DNA of 64,000 bases from an uncultured Clostridia bacterium (GTDB lineage Bacteria > Bacillota > Clostridia > Oscillospirales > Acutalibacteraceae), in assembly GCA_946185345.1 (NCBI GenBank), contig CAMHJC010000001.1, forward strand, positions 486 to 64,485, written 5' to 3'. A model generated the notes under the pieces. That model worked only from the letters and a program-made list of their open reading frames with translations, searched no databases and was not told the origin of the DNA. Both the position numbers and the translations under genes were made by a program. Each line of letters starts with the position of its first letter. The first letter of the stretch is position 1. Positions 1 to 9,900 of the stretch are shown piece by piece.

Positions 1-195
1 GCTCTCACTGGTCGAGATGCTTTCACTGGTGGAAATGCTTGCACTTGTGGAGACGCTTTCACTTGTGGAAATGCTCTCGCTTGTAGAAACGCTTGCACTG
101 GCGGAGATACTTGCACTGGTCGAAATGCTCTCGGATTGGCTCTTTGATACGCTGTCACTGTTCGAAGTGCTCTCAGAAGTGCTCTTGGAGGTAGA
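1..195. repeat. Coding tandem repeat (12/18-nt periodicity) specifying the Ser-x-Ser-x repeats of the SRR adhesin
   Basis: Reiterated gctttcactggt / ggaaatgcttgcacttgt units. The minus-strand translation is STSESISTSASIS-type. Confidence 0.8.
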
Positions 196-1104
196 ATCAG
201 ACATGCTGCCTTCCTTCTCCCAAGCTTCGATATCTCTCCACCACACCTTGAAGTTGAGTCTGTTGTTGAAAAGTTTTTTCTCTTCGTAGAGCGTTTCCTG
301 TGTGACGTACTTATATGCCTTACCGTCTTTTACGATGGTATACTCTACTTCCGCTCTTCCCTGACCGTAGTCTTTAATATCATCAATAATTAACTCGTCA
401 TATTCTCCGTGAATAAAGGAGCTGTAATCATAATCCGCTGCTTTTTTAGCCTCTGCAATCAACTTATTATTGGTATATTGGGTGTATTCTGACGAGGCAA
501 CCGAATAAGAACTGACGCTTGCACTGCGTTTGGTAACATTCGTTGTCTTGACCTCCTCAGCCTTGGTTTCCTCGGTCTTGACTTCCTCGGTCTTGACTTC
601 CTCGGCCTTGGTTTCCTCGGCCTTGACCTCCTCAGCCTTGGTTTCCTCGGTCTTGACTTCCTCAGTCTCGGCTTCCTCGGCCTTGACTTCCTCGGCCTTG
701 ACTTCCTCGGCCTTGGTTTCCTCAGCCTTGGTTTCCTCGGTCTTGACTTCCTCGGTCTTGACTTCCTCGGCCTTGACTTCCTCGGCCTTGGTTTCCTCGG
801 TCAGGGTCACAACATCCTGCTCTGCCAGTGTTTCCTCTGTCTCCAGCTCGGCTGCATAGGCGGTCTGTGAAGGAACCATCATTGCTCCGCCCATCAATAC
901 GCCGGCCGCAACACCGCCTCTGAGAAGCGATTTGCCAAACGAACCGCTCTGTACCGATACTTCATTTCTGGATTCGCTGTTAATGAGGTATGTGACAAAA
1001 CCTGTGATCTTGGACTTCACGTTGTACCACACGCCGTTCTTCTTGCGGAGCTTGATTCTGGTGGTTTCGCTGGTGATCAATTTCTTTGAATTGTTTGATC
1101 TCAT
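1..1104 (-). CDS. Serine-rich-repeat (SRR) surface adhesin, N-terminal part; 3' end lies beyond position 1
   Basis: Absent from the ORF track because it runs off the window. ATG at 1104-1102 (minus) follows GGAGGC (complement of 1111-1116). Translation starts MRSNNSKKLITSETTRIKLRKKNGVWYNVKSK, a long N-region with a KxYKxGKxW-like motif. It continues with hydrophobic core GGVAAGVLMGGAMMV and an AYA site, then (A/T)EE(V/T)K repeats and a unique region. SxSxSxS repeats (SESISTSASIS...) run to the window edge. Confidence 0.8.
   Translation of the reverse strand, partial: MRSNNSKKLITSETTRIKLRKKNGVWYNVKSKITGFVTYLINSESRNEVSVQSGSFGKSLLRGGVAAGVLMGGAMMVPSQTAYAAELETEETLAEQDVVTLTEETKAEEVKAEEVKTEEVKTEETKAEETKAEEVKAEEVKAEEAETEEVKTEETKAEEVKAEETKAEEVKTEEVKTEETKAEEVKTTNVTKRSASVSSYSVASSEYTQYTNNKLIAEAKKAADYDYSSFIHGEYDELIIDDIKDYGQGRAEVEYTIVKDGKAYKYVTQETLYEEKKLFNNRLNFKVWWRDIEAWEKEGSMSDSTSKSTSESTSNSDSVSKSQSESISTSASISASASVSTSESISTSESVSTSASISTSESISTSES
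547..801. repeat. 17 x 15-nt coding tandem repeat
   Basis: Units cttgacttcctcggc / cttggtttcctcggt are repeated head to tail. They encode the (A/T)EE(V/T)K pentapeptide repeats of the adhesin on the minus strand. There are no spacers, so this is not a CRISPR array. Confidence 0.9.
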
Positions 1105-1251
1105 TTTTTTGCCTCCATTTTTTTAATAATTTCTGACATTTTTCAGTCTGCGTCATACACCATTCCGTTTACGGCACAGGCCGCAAATGTCATTTTCATC
1201 AAGAAGTTTCATGTTATTTTAAATTATTTCTTTGTCATATTGCAATAAAAC

Positions 1252-1285
1252 TGGGATAAGCCGCAAAAAAGTGGGATAAACCGCA
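1252..1285 (+). promoter_or_regulatory. Candidate LytTR response-regulator binding site (imperfect direct repeat)
   Basis: TGGGATAAGCCGCA (1252-1265) and TGGGATAAACCGCA (1272-1285) lie 20 nt apart start to start. They sit in the divergent intergenic region between the adhesin gene and the LytTR/HK operon. TATAGT follows at about 1291-1296. Confidence 0.4.
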
Positions 1286-1504
1286 GTTTTATAGTGTCGT
1301 CGGCAGGTCATTTTGTCTTTTTATTATATTTCGTTCAAAAATTCATTACAAAAAAATCATGTGGCGGTCCTTTTGCCTGTGTCAGCTGCCGCTGACAATC
1401 AGGCACTGATTCACTCACAAATTTTTAAAACATATGGAAAACTCACGCAAAGTGTGATATAATATACGTAAAGGAAAATTCAACTGCAAAGGAAGTGATC
1501 CGCT

Positions 1505-2254
1505 GTGAATATTGCCATTGTGGATGACAATCCCCTCGACCTTGAGACCCTGGACAGAATACTGAAGGAATACTGTGCGGTCAACGCCATTGACGCCGAG
1601 ATTTCTGTTTTTGACGACGCACAGAAGCTGCTCGACGGCTACCGTCCGCTGCAATACACTGTCATTTTCCTCGACATTTACATGAACAGCATCACCGGCA
1701 TAGAGGCGGCCCGTTCGGTCAGAAACGCCGACCCTGACACGCTGCTGGTTTTTCTCACTTCCAGCACCGACCACATGTCCGAAGCCTTTACGCTGCACGC
1801 TTTTGACTATATTCAAAAGCCTGTCAATGCCTGTCAGATCTTCCGCGTGATGGACGATATTCTCAAACGCCGCACCGAATCGGAAAGCAACCGCCTGTCA
1901 TTCTACAGCAACAAACGTGACTACAGCCTGCCGTACAGCGAAATTGTCACCGTGATCACCAACGCCAATTACCTCGAAATCACCGACTGCCACGGCAACA
2001 CCTACAAAACCCGAATGACCTTTGTTGCGGCGAGCACCCAGCTCGAACAGGACAAACGGTTTCTCAGGCTGCTGCGAGGCGTGCTGGTCAATATGGATTT
2101 CATCGCAAGCTTCGGCAGCGACACCTGCCGCATCAAGGGCGGAGATGAACTTCCTATCAACATCAGAAGCCGCAAGAGCATTGAACAGACCTGGCGCAAC
2201 TACCTTTTCAGCAAAATACGCGGCGAATCTATGAGAAGAGGAGGAAATCAATGA
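1505..2254 (+). CDS. LytTR-family response regulator (CheY receiver + LytTR DNA-binding domain)
   Basis: GTG start. Receiver motifs are IAIVDDNPLD, FLDIYM and LTSSTDH. C-terminal LytTR-like segments are YLEITDCHGNTYKTRMTF and RGVLVNMDFI. The stop overlaps the next start (ATGA). Confidence 0.9.
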   Translation: MNIAIVDDNPLDLETLDRILKEYCAVNAIDAEISVFDDAQKLLDGYRPLQYTVIFLDIYMNSITGIEAARSVRNADPDTLLVFLTSSTDHMSEAFTLHAFDYIQKPVNACQIFRVMDDILKRRTESESNRLSFYSNKRDYSLPYSEIVTVITNANYLEITDCHGNTYKTRMTFVAASTQLEQDKRFLRLLRGVLVNMDFIASFGSDTCRIKGGDELPINIRSRKSIEQTWRNYLFSKIRGESMRRGGNQ

Positions 2255-3585
2255 CACTGCATCAATACACAGTCACCCTCTTCACTTATATGACATTGAT
2301 TCCCGCCGCTGTGATCTGCTTTTTTCCCATGAAGAACCGCATCAGACACAGCATGAGCTATCTGATCATCTACTCGGCGCTGCTTTTTGGCATCACCCTG
2401 CCGGCAGCGGCTCTTGTCAGCTGTGCTTTCAATGTTCCTTTTGACATTTTGCTGGTGGTGCTGCTGCCGACCTACTTTCTGACATACCATAAAAACATTC
2501 AGACCAACTTCAGCAAATCCATTGCGGTATTTGCGTTTGTCTGTGCTCTGATGAGCGTCAGCTCCAACATTACCGTTATCTTTGACGCCCTGTTATTCCC
2601 TCAGTCAGATCCCAATACATTCAGATTCAGTTCCGCCGCCATTCAGTTCGTCACCAACATCATCATAGCGGCGATGCTTTTCATTCCCATGGTCAACTAC
2701 GGCAGCAGGCTGATTGACAGTCTGGATGTCGACAGCGTGTGGTATGCCACCGTGCCGATTTCGCTGATTTTCCTCACGATGAACATCATGATACAGCCCG
2801 TTCATTACAGCACACTCTATTTCAACAATATCTATAAGACATTCATCTGGTCCATCGCACTGCTGTTTTCCATGATGATTCTGCTGCTCGTCATGTTTTA
2901 TTTCATCGTCAAATTCATTCTCAGCTACGTCAGTACAGAGCAGCGGAACCGCATTCTGGAAATGCAGGAGCGTCAGTACATAACCCAGCGCAGATATATA
3001 GAGGAAAGCGCCAGAGTGCGCCACGATTTCAAGCAGACCATCGCCGCGCTCAAATCGCTCTCCGACGCGAAGGATTATGACGCCATCGGCAGCTACCTGG
3101 ACAAATACGTTCAGTCTGTCCCGATAAGGGAGATAAAGGATTACTGCCAGAACAATGCGGTCAACGCTCTGCTCAATTACTATATGCAGCAGGCCGAACA
3201 GGAAGGCATTAAGACCAGCCTTCGCATAGATATTCCCGAAAATCTCCCCTTCAGCGATGTGGATCTCTGCGACATCATCGGCAATATTCTCGAAAATGCC
3301 ATTACCGCCTGCCGCAAGCTCGACGAGCACAAACGTTGGATCCAGCTGGCCGCCATCATTCAGAATGATTCACAGCTTTGCATCGTCGCCACTAACAGCT
3401 TTGACGGCCATGTGCGCAGTAAATCCGGCCATTATTATTCCACACGGCACAGCGGCAAGGGCATCGGACTGCTCTCCATCGCCTCCACTGCCGAAAAGTA
3501 CGGCGGCACCGCTGAATTCTCCCACGAGGGCGGCGAATTTTACACCGACATCATGATGCCGATAAACGACCATTACAACGATTGA
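2251..3585 (+). CDS. AgrC-like (HPK10-type) membrane sensor histidine kinase, GHKL ATPase
   Basis: About 6 N-terminal TM helices. H-box is VRHDFKQTIAAL, N-box is GNILENAITA, G-box is GKGIGLLSI. Translationally coupled to the LytTR regulator. Confidence 0.9.
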   Translation: MTLHQYTVTLFTYMTLIPAAVICFFPMKNRIRHSMSYLIIYSALLFGITLPAAALVSCAFNVPFDILLVVLLPTYFLTYHKNIQTNFSKSIAVFAFVCALMSVSSNITVIFDALLFPQSDPNTFRFSSAAIQFVTNIIIAAMLFIPMVNYGSRLIDSLDVDSVWYATVPISLIFLTMNIMIQPVHYSTLYFNNIYKTFIWSIALLFSMMILLLVMFYFIVKFILSYVSTEQRNRILEMQERQYITQRRYIEESARVRHDFKQTIAALKSLSDAKDYDAIGSYLDKYVQSVPIREIKDYCQNNAVNALLNYYMQQAEQEGIKTSLRIDIPENLPFSDVDLCDIIGNILENAITACRKLDEHKRWIQLAAIIQNDSQLCIVATNSFDGHVRSKSGHYYSTRHSGKGIGLLSIASTAEKYGGTAEFSHEGGEFYTDIMMPINDHYND

Positions 3586-3615
3586 CGGCCCGCATGGATC
3601 CGCCGTCAATACATA

Positions 3616-3794
3616 ATACTAATTTTCGGCTAAAATCAGACATTCTTTGCGGCCTATTTTGCGCCCTGCGGCGTCATCGTCCTAGGCAGGCGCCAGCCTG
3701 CCGTCGTCCTGCTGTCGACGAGTCGACAGCTATTCCTTGCAGGACACAAAATATTCTCCCAAATAATTGTCTACTTTCAACCGAAAATTAGTAT
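3616..3794 (+). mobile_element. MITE-like structured intergenic repeat, copy 1 (long form, 179 bp)
   Basis: 14-bp perfect terminal inverted repeat ATACTAATTTTCGG...CCGAAAATTAGTAT. Internal hairpins are GGCAGGC-GCCA-GCCTGCC and GCTGTCGAC-GAG-TCGACAGC. Near-identical copies are at 30815-30980 and 58169-58347. Confidence 0.85.
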
Positions 3795-3796
3795 AA

Positions 3797-3836
3797 ATCC
3801 CCGAAGCGCCTCTTTTCAGGGCTTCGGGGATTTTTG
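3797..3836 (+). terminator. Rho-independent terminator downstream of the HK operon
   Basis: Stem ATCCCCGAAGC (3797-3807) pairs with GCTTCGGGGAT (3821-3831) and is followed by TTTTT. Confidence 0.75.
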
Positions 3837-3991
3837 CGTCAATCGGACTTATTCAGTTCAAACAGCCTGCACTCCGGTTCCTGGCGGATTGCAGAGCGCA
3901 GGCTGTTGAGGTTGTAACGCCGTCTCACTGTACGGTGCGGTGATTCAATGAATCGGACGCTTCCTTCCGCCGGTCATCGTGAAATGAAGGC

Positions 3992-6900
3992 TTATTCCTC
4001 CGACTCGGACTTTCTTCTTCTGCCAAAGAGCAGGAAGATGATCAGACCGAGGAGAAGAACGGATACGCCCACGATGGAGCCGATGAAGAGAGGCGTATTG
4101 TTATACCAGCGCGCAAAGATGTTGGTTGTGATAAGGAATCCTTCCACATTCTCAAACTTGGTGCGGCCGGATCTGTCCTTGGCGACAATCATAAGGGTCT
4201 GCTTTTCTGTGGACTGAGGAACGTTGAATTTGTACAGATCGCCGACGGTCTCGTACTTCACTTCGTTGCCGGAGGTACACCTTGTGTCATCCGCCTTATC
4301 TCCCTTGATGAGATAAATTCTGACTGTGTCAAGCGCAATGTTATCCTTGATCTCAATAGCGACGTTTCTTCCGTCGGAAGCGTAGGTCTCTCCGCTTTCG
4401 ATGTTGGTCGGAATGATGCTCGGGGGCAGTTTGTCGATGATGAAGGAAATCTCGGCATCCTTGCCTTCGTCGATGTTTTCGTTCGAGTTGCCTGCGCTGT
4501 CTTTGGAGGAGAAGAACAGGGTGTACTTGCCGTTGTCCTCAAAGAGATCGCGATGAATCGAATAGGTGTAGCTGGATCTGCCGCCCTTATCGATGACGTT
4601 CAGATCGTAATCGGCATCTTCTTCAAGTACAAAGTGCTCGTCATTCTTGACAAGTTCCAGCGAGTAATCCGTCAGCTTGCCGAAAACGCTCTCGGTGACG
4701 ACAAGATCCTTGCCCGCCTGGTTGTAGTTGTTGTTGATATCTTCGATTCCGCTGAGCTCATAGACCGAACCGAATCTGTTGACATAGAATACCTTGGAAT
4801 CGGTCTTGCTGTTGCCGGCTTTGTCCTTGGCGGTCGCAGTAATCTTGTAGATGCCGTCAACCGACTGTTCCTCGGTGAAATTGTCGTAGTTGATGTCATA
4901 CTCATATTCACCGTTGAACTTAGCGCTTCTGGAGTAGCTGACCTTCTTCTGTTTATCCATCTTGGTCAGGACGACCGAGATGTTATCTTTGTTCAGGTTG
5001 GTATCCTTCACTACCACACTGGGTCTGACATCGCCGTTGGACGGCTTGGCAGGAACGGAAATAATGACTTCCGGAGAAGTTCTGTCCACATAGAACGAAT
5101 CCTTCTCGTAATCCTTGGCCGCATTGCCCGCCAGATCGGTGAAATCAATATCGAATGTGTAGTGGGCGTCATTGGAGAATGTGACGGTGGCGGTGTGAAC
5201 ATCGCCGTTGTTTCTCCAGCCGCTTACAGAAGGAGCCGCCTTGCTGCTGCCTCTGTCGATGGCTGTAATTTCGGTCTTGATGCGATCGGTGCTGAAGTTA
5301 TGCTCCTTGATCGTGATGGTGGCGGTTACCACGGTGCTGAAATAGCTGTCTTTCTTGGTGCTGCCGCTGACATTGTAGCTGACCGAAACAACCGGAATGG
5401 TCTTGTCGACGGTGAATTCCGTCGGAACAACGCCGTTGTAGCTGACCTTGTCATTGAAGTTGCCCGCAAGATCGGTGCAATTCATCGAGAAGGTATAATC
5501 GCCGTCCTCGCTGTAAACCAGCGTCGCTGTGTGGGTAGTGCCGTCTCCGTTGCCGCCTGCCGTGACCGTCTTCCAGCCGGAAAGCTTGGGAATAAAGCCG
5601 TGGGGATTGGAAATGGAAAGCTTGACAGCATTGGGATCGAAGTTTCTCTCCTTGACGACAATGGTCGCAGTGCGGTTGGCCTTGAAGTACTTGCCGCTGT
5701 CCACGTTGTTGTTGTCATAGGATACGGTCATTTCAGGCTTGGTGATATCGATCTTGACATCGACCGACTTCTCACTCTTGTTGCCTGCGTTATCCACGGC
5801 GTAAACGGTGATTCTGACATTGTTGCTGTTGTTCTTGTTCTTGTCAACGTTGATGAAGTTGTCGTTGGTGGTCTTGAACGTCCGGGCAGCGGAAATGCTG
5901 CTCTGGGTCAGTGTTCCTTTGAATTCAAAGAGCTTGCCTTTCTGGGTTTCCTGATTGTTTTTGACGTTGTCAAGATTCTCCACCTTGTAGGTGACGGACT
6001 TCAGACCGGAATAAACATTGTCCTTGCTGGGATCGACAACGGTGACATCCACTCTCACATCGTCATTGTAGATGCCGTTGACAGGCTGCTTTCTGGGTTC
6101 CAGAGTGATGATCGGAGCAACCGATTCAAACTCCGGCAGCTGGTCATCGACGATCAATCCGTCTGTGGAGAGATAGATGAAGTTGCCCGAACGGTCTGTG
6201 ACCTTGAGATAGACCACAAAATGTCTATTGCCTTCCTTGGCCTTGATCGAGAAGTCCTCATAATCCATCCATTCGATCCTGCCCGACTTCTCCAATGCCG
6301 TAAGTTCTTCGTCGCTGTACTTCGACTCGGCTTCGCCGTTGAGTCTGGTACCGTTCTCGAAATAGTCGATGTAGTACTTGACGCTGTCAACACCGGCAGT
6401 CAGATCGGAGGCCTTTTTGGTGAAGGAGATGCTGATGGTAGACCACAGGCTGAAGAGCATCTCGGTGCTGTTTTCGATCCAGCTCTGAGGCTTGGTTCCC
6501 TCTTCGCCGGCCTGAGCGATAATGGTGCCTTCCGGATCGGTCTTGTCAACGGTGAACAGGCTGTTGTATTTCTCCACGACAGGATTCTTGGCCATATCGG
6601 TGAAATCAACGCCGAAGGTGTAATTGGCATCGCCGCTGAAGTTGATGACAGCCACATGGGTGTCTTCATCGGGTGTGGCGCCCTTAGTGGTGACCCACTT
6701 GACGCCGCCGTCGTCATTCTTGACGATCTCGTAGGTGTTTTCTACGTCGTTTTTCTTGTAATCTTTGGCTTCAACAGTGATCACGGCGGCATCCGGGTCA
6801 AAGTGGTTGCTGCGCTCCGTGATGGTGACTGTTGCGGTTCTTTCAGCGGCAAAATAGCTTCTGCCGTCGATTACCTGATAAGGTGCTTCGTTGTTGAATT

Positions 6901-9900
6901 TGACGCTGACGGTAGGATTGGTCACGTCGATGTCGAGAGCCAGCTCCGCACTGCTTATGTTGCCTGCGTTGTCCATGGCTTCCACATAAACGACGACATT
7001 GCTGGAGTTGTTGAGCTGAGAATCGACGGTGATAGTAAAGGCGTCTTCATCGCTGTCCGGCGCTCTGGTGACGGACTGTGTTGCCTCTTGGTCGTCGGGA
7101 ATTACTTTGTAGGAAATCTGCTTGATGCGGGAACTGGGCAGATTGTCAAACAAATCGCTCGCAGCAATCTTCACTTCCACATCGCCGTTGTAAATATCCT
7201 GTTTTTCGACAGGCTCCACCGTGAGGGTCGGAGCTTTGTTGTCGACGGTGAATGATTCTTCGAATGACTCTGCGGCGTTGCCTGTGTTATCGGAGAAGCT
7301 GACACCGAAGGTGTATTTTGCGTCCTTGTTAAATGTGACGGTTGCCTTGTGTGTCGCTTCATCAGGCTTTCCTGCGACTTCTGTGGTCTCCCACTCGCTG
7401 ATTTCATAGGCGCCGTCAATGACGTTGCCATTGTGATCAAGGGCTTTGGTTTTGTTCTTGATGCCCGATGTAGCGGTTTCGGGATTGAAGTGAACGGTAC
7501 GCTCGGTAATGGTAACTTCAGCGGTTCTTCCGGTGAAATATCCGTCGGAAGCATCTTCGTTCTTTCTGTCGTCGGTAAATTGGACGTCAATCACGGGAGC
7601 GGTGGTGTCTATGTCAAGACCGAACATCGCTTCCTTGGAAGTATTGCCGCAATAATCCGTTGCCAATGCGTGTACCACAACATCGGAGGAATTGTTGGAA
7701 TCGGCTGATACAACCAGATTGACTGTATATTTGCCGGGCTTCTCTGTCTGAAGATCAATGGTTTCTTTCTCCTGCGTTGTCTGGCCATCGGCGGTCACCC
7801 AGTAGGAGATCGTTTTGATGCCGGAATACGCCTGAGCGGAGTGCTGGTCAACAACATCAATAATAACATTGACATCGCCGTTATAGCTCTCCTTGCTTTC
7901 TTCCGGAGTAATTGTCACGGAAGGCGGATCGTTGTCGATAATGAAGCCCTGGTCCGGAATGATGTACCGGTAGTTGCCCACCGTGTCGGTCAGCTTCAGA
8001 TAAACGATGAAGTTTTCCTTCTCCTTGGAGCTGTCAAATTCGAGGGGTGCTTTATACTCTTTGAATGTGAGCTTGTCGAGCGCTGCTCTGGCACTCTCCT
8101 CGGTATCGGCAACGACAGGAGTATTGGTCTTGCAGTATTCGATTCTGGCGGTGGTGGTTGCGTCCTCCGCTTCCGCTGTGACGGTAATGGTGTCGTGGCT
8201 GTAAAGACCGAAGGTGACAAACGATACAATGGCATCCCATGTCTTTTCCCAAATGGATTGTTCATCCTTGGTTTTGCCCTTGACGGTCATCTTGCCTGTC
8301 GGAGCGACGGTGTCCACCGTAAAGGGAGTGACGACCGGCTCCTTGACGAGCGATACATCCGCCTTGTTGGTGTAGGAAACCTTGACGGTGTAATTGGCGT
8401 CGGCCTTGAATCTGACGGTTGCGGTATGAGTTTTGCCTTTGTTTTCCCAGCTGATCATGGAGGCTTTGTCGATTGCGACAGTCTTGCCGGCCGCATCAAG
8501 CGCCGTTATGACAATGCCGTCCTGGGCGGCCTTCTGATCAAAGGTGAATTCTTCGTCGGTATAGGTGAGAACAAGCGTTCTGCCGTCTTTGTAATAATCT
8601 ACCCCATCGACGGAGGTCACCTTGCCTTTGGTGTCAAAGGAAGCGGTCACTTCGGGTTTCTGGGAATTGATGGCCACCGCATCGGAAGCCGAAACGATCA
8701 CGTTGCCGGCTTTGTCCTCCGCAACGACTACCACTCTCAGATTGCGGGTTGTGTTGTCATCGGCGGTGACGACAAGCGATTCATCCACCAGCAGGGGATC
8801 ATCAATCTTCACTTCGCCGGTTTTGGTGGCGGATTTGATCTGATCCTTGGCGGTCTTGCTTTCATCGTAATCCTTGATGACATAGTACCTGACGGATTTG
8901 ATTCCCGAGTGAGCCTTGTTCTCTTCGGGATCCTGAACCGTCAGTCTGAAATTCACATCGGAATGGAAGAATCCGTTGGAATTGGGTTCTTGGAGCTTCT
9001 TGATGGAGACGGTAGGCTTTGTCATGTCGATAATGACGCCGCTGGTGCTGATGTAAAGGGTATTGCCTGCCTTATCCGTGATACGGGCATAAACGGTGAA
9101 CTGTTCATCCTGTGTAAAGATGAAGGAATCATCGCTGAACTTGCCCTCTTTATACAGGGTCTCGAGATCCTCACCAAGAATGGCCTCCTCGGCGTCGGTT
9201 TTGTAATACTTAATGTACTGTATTTCGGAAAGATCGTCCTTCGCGTCGGTGACCTCAGCGGTGACCGGCTTGTTAACGAAAACATCGTATTGGAATTCGC
9301 CCGCAGCGGCAATCTTTGACCAGGTGAGACCGTTGACCGAGATGCTGCCTGTCGGAGCGGTCTTGTCGATGACGAAGGTCGCTTGGCTTACCGGATCGGC
9401 GGACATGCCTGCCTTGTTTGTGTAGGTGACGGTAAAGTCGGTGTACTTGCCTTCTTCGGAAAGGGTGAATGTACCGACCTTGTCTTTCCAGGTGACAACC
9501 ACATCGTGGCTGGCATTGTTGATTTTGGCGGTAACTTTAACGGCCGAAGGATTGAAGCAGTCGTCACTGTCGGTAATCGTTACGGTTCCGGTGCGTTCGC
9601 CGTTGTAGTAATTGGCAAGACCTTCCTCGTGCTTGCCGCCTTCCACGGAAACGGCGATTTCCGGCTTCTTGCTGTTGATATGGACGGCCTGCTTGGCTGT
9701 GACGACGTTTCCGGCACGGTCAGCCGCTTCCACGTATACAACCACGTTTTCGACGTTTCCGTATTCGGCTTCTGACAGGGTGACGGAATCCTCAAACACG
9801 CTGACTTCTTCGCCGTCGTAGGTAAAGAGTGTAGTCGCCTCTGTTTTCCCGGCGCCGGTTTCTATCCAGTACTTGACATAACTCAGATCGGAAGAAATCT

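Noticed and set aside
547-801. Possible CRISPR-like array because of regular 15-nt repeats
   Set aside because: The repeats are contiguous without unique spacers and are in frame within the adhesin gene, where they encode EEVK-type peptide repeats. No cas genes are anywhere in the window.
1505-3585. Calling the LytTR/HK pair a complete agr quorum-sensing locus
   Set aside because: No AgrB-like membrane protease or AgrD-like propeptide ORF is present in the flanks. Only the two-component half can be supported.
3582-3791. 69-aa ORF, and the 247-aa alternative-frame ORF 30247-30990, overlapping the MITE-like repeat
   Set aside because: They exist only because the repeat lacks stops in that frame. 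The same pseudo-peptide recurs at each copy, there is no RBS, and 30247-30990 overlaps the real J-domain gene out of frame.
4553-9319. Very long plus-strand ORFs (4553-7255, 900 aa; 7841-9319, 492 aa; and smaller ones) inside the giant minus-strand gene
   Set aside because: Their translations are low-complexity (G/V/D/I/R-rich) and have no RBS, signal or recognisable motifs. The minus-strand frame has a signal peptide, periodic Ig-like modules and a TM anchor. These are shadow ORFs from codon bias.
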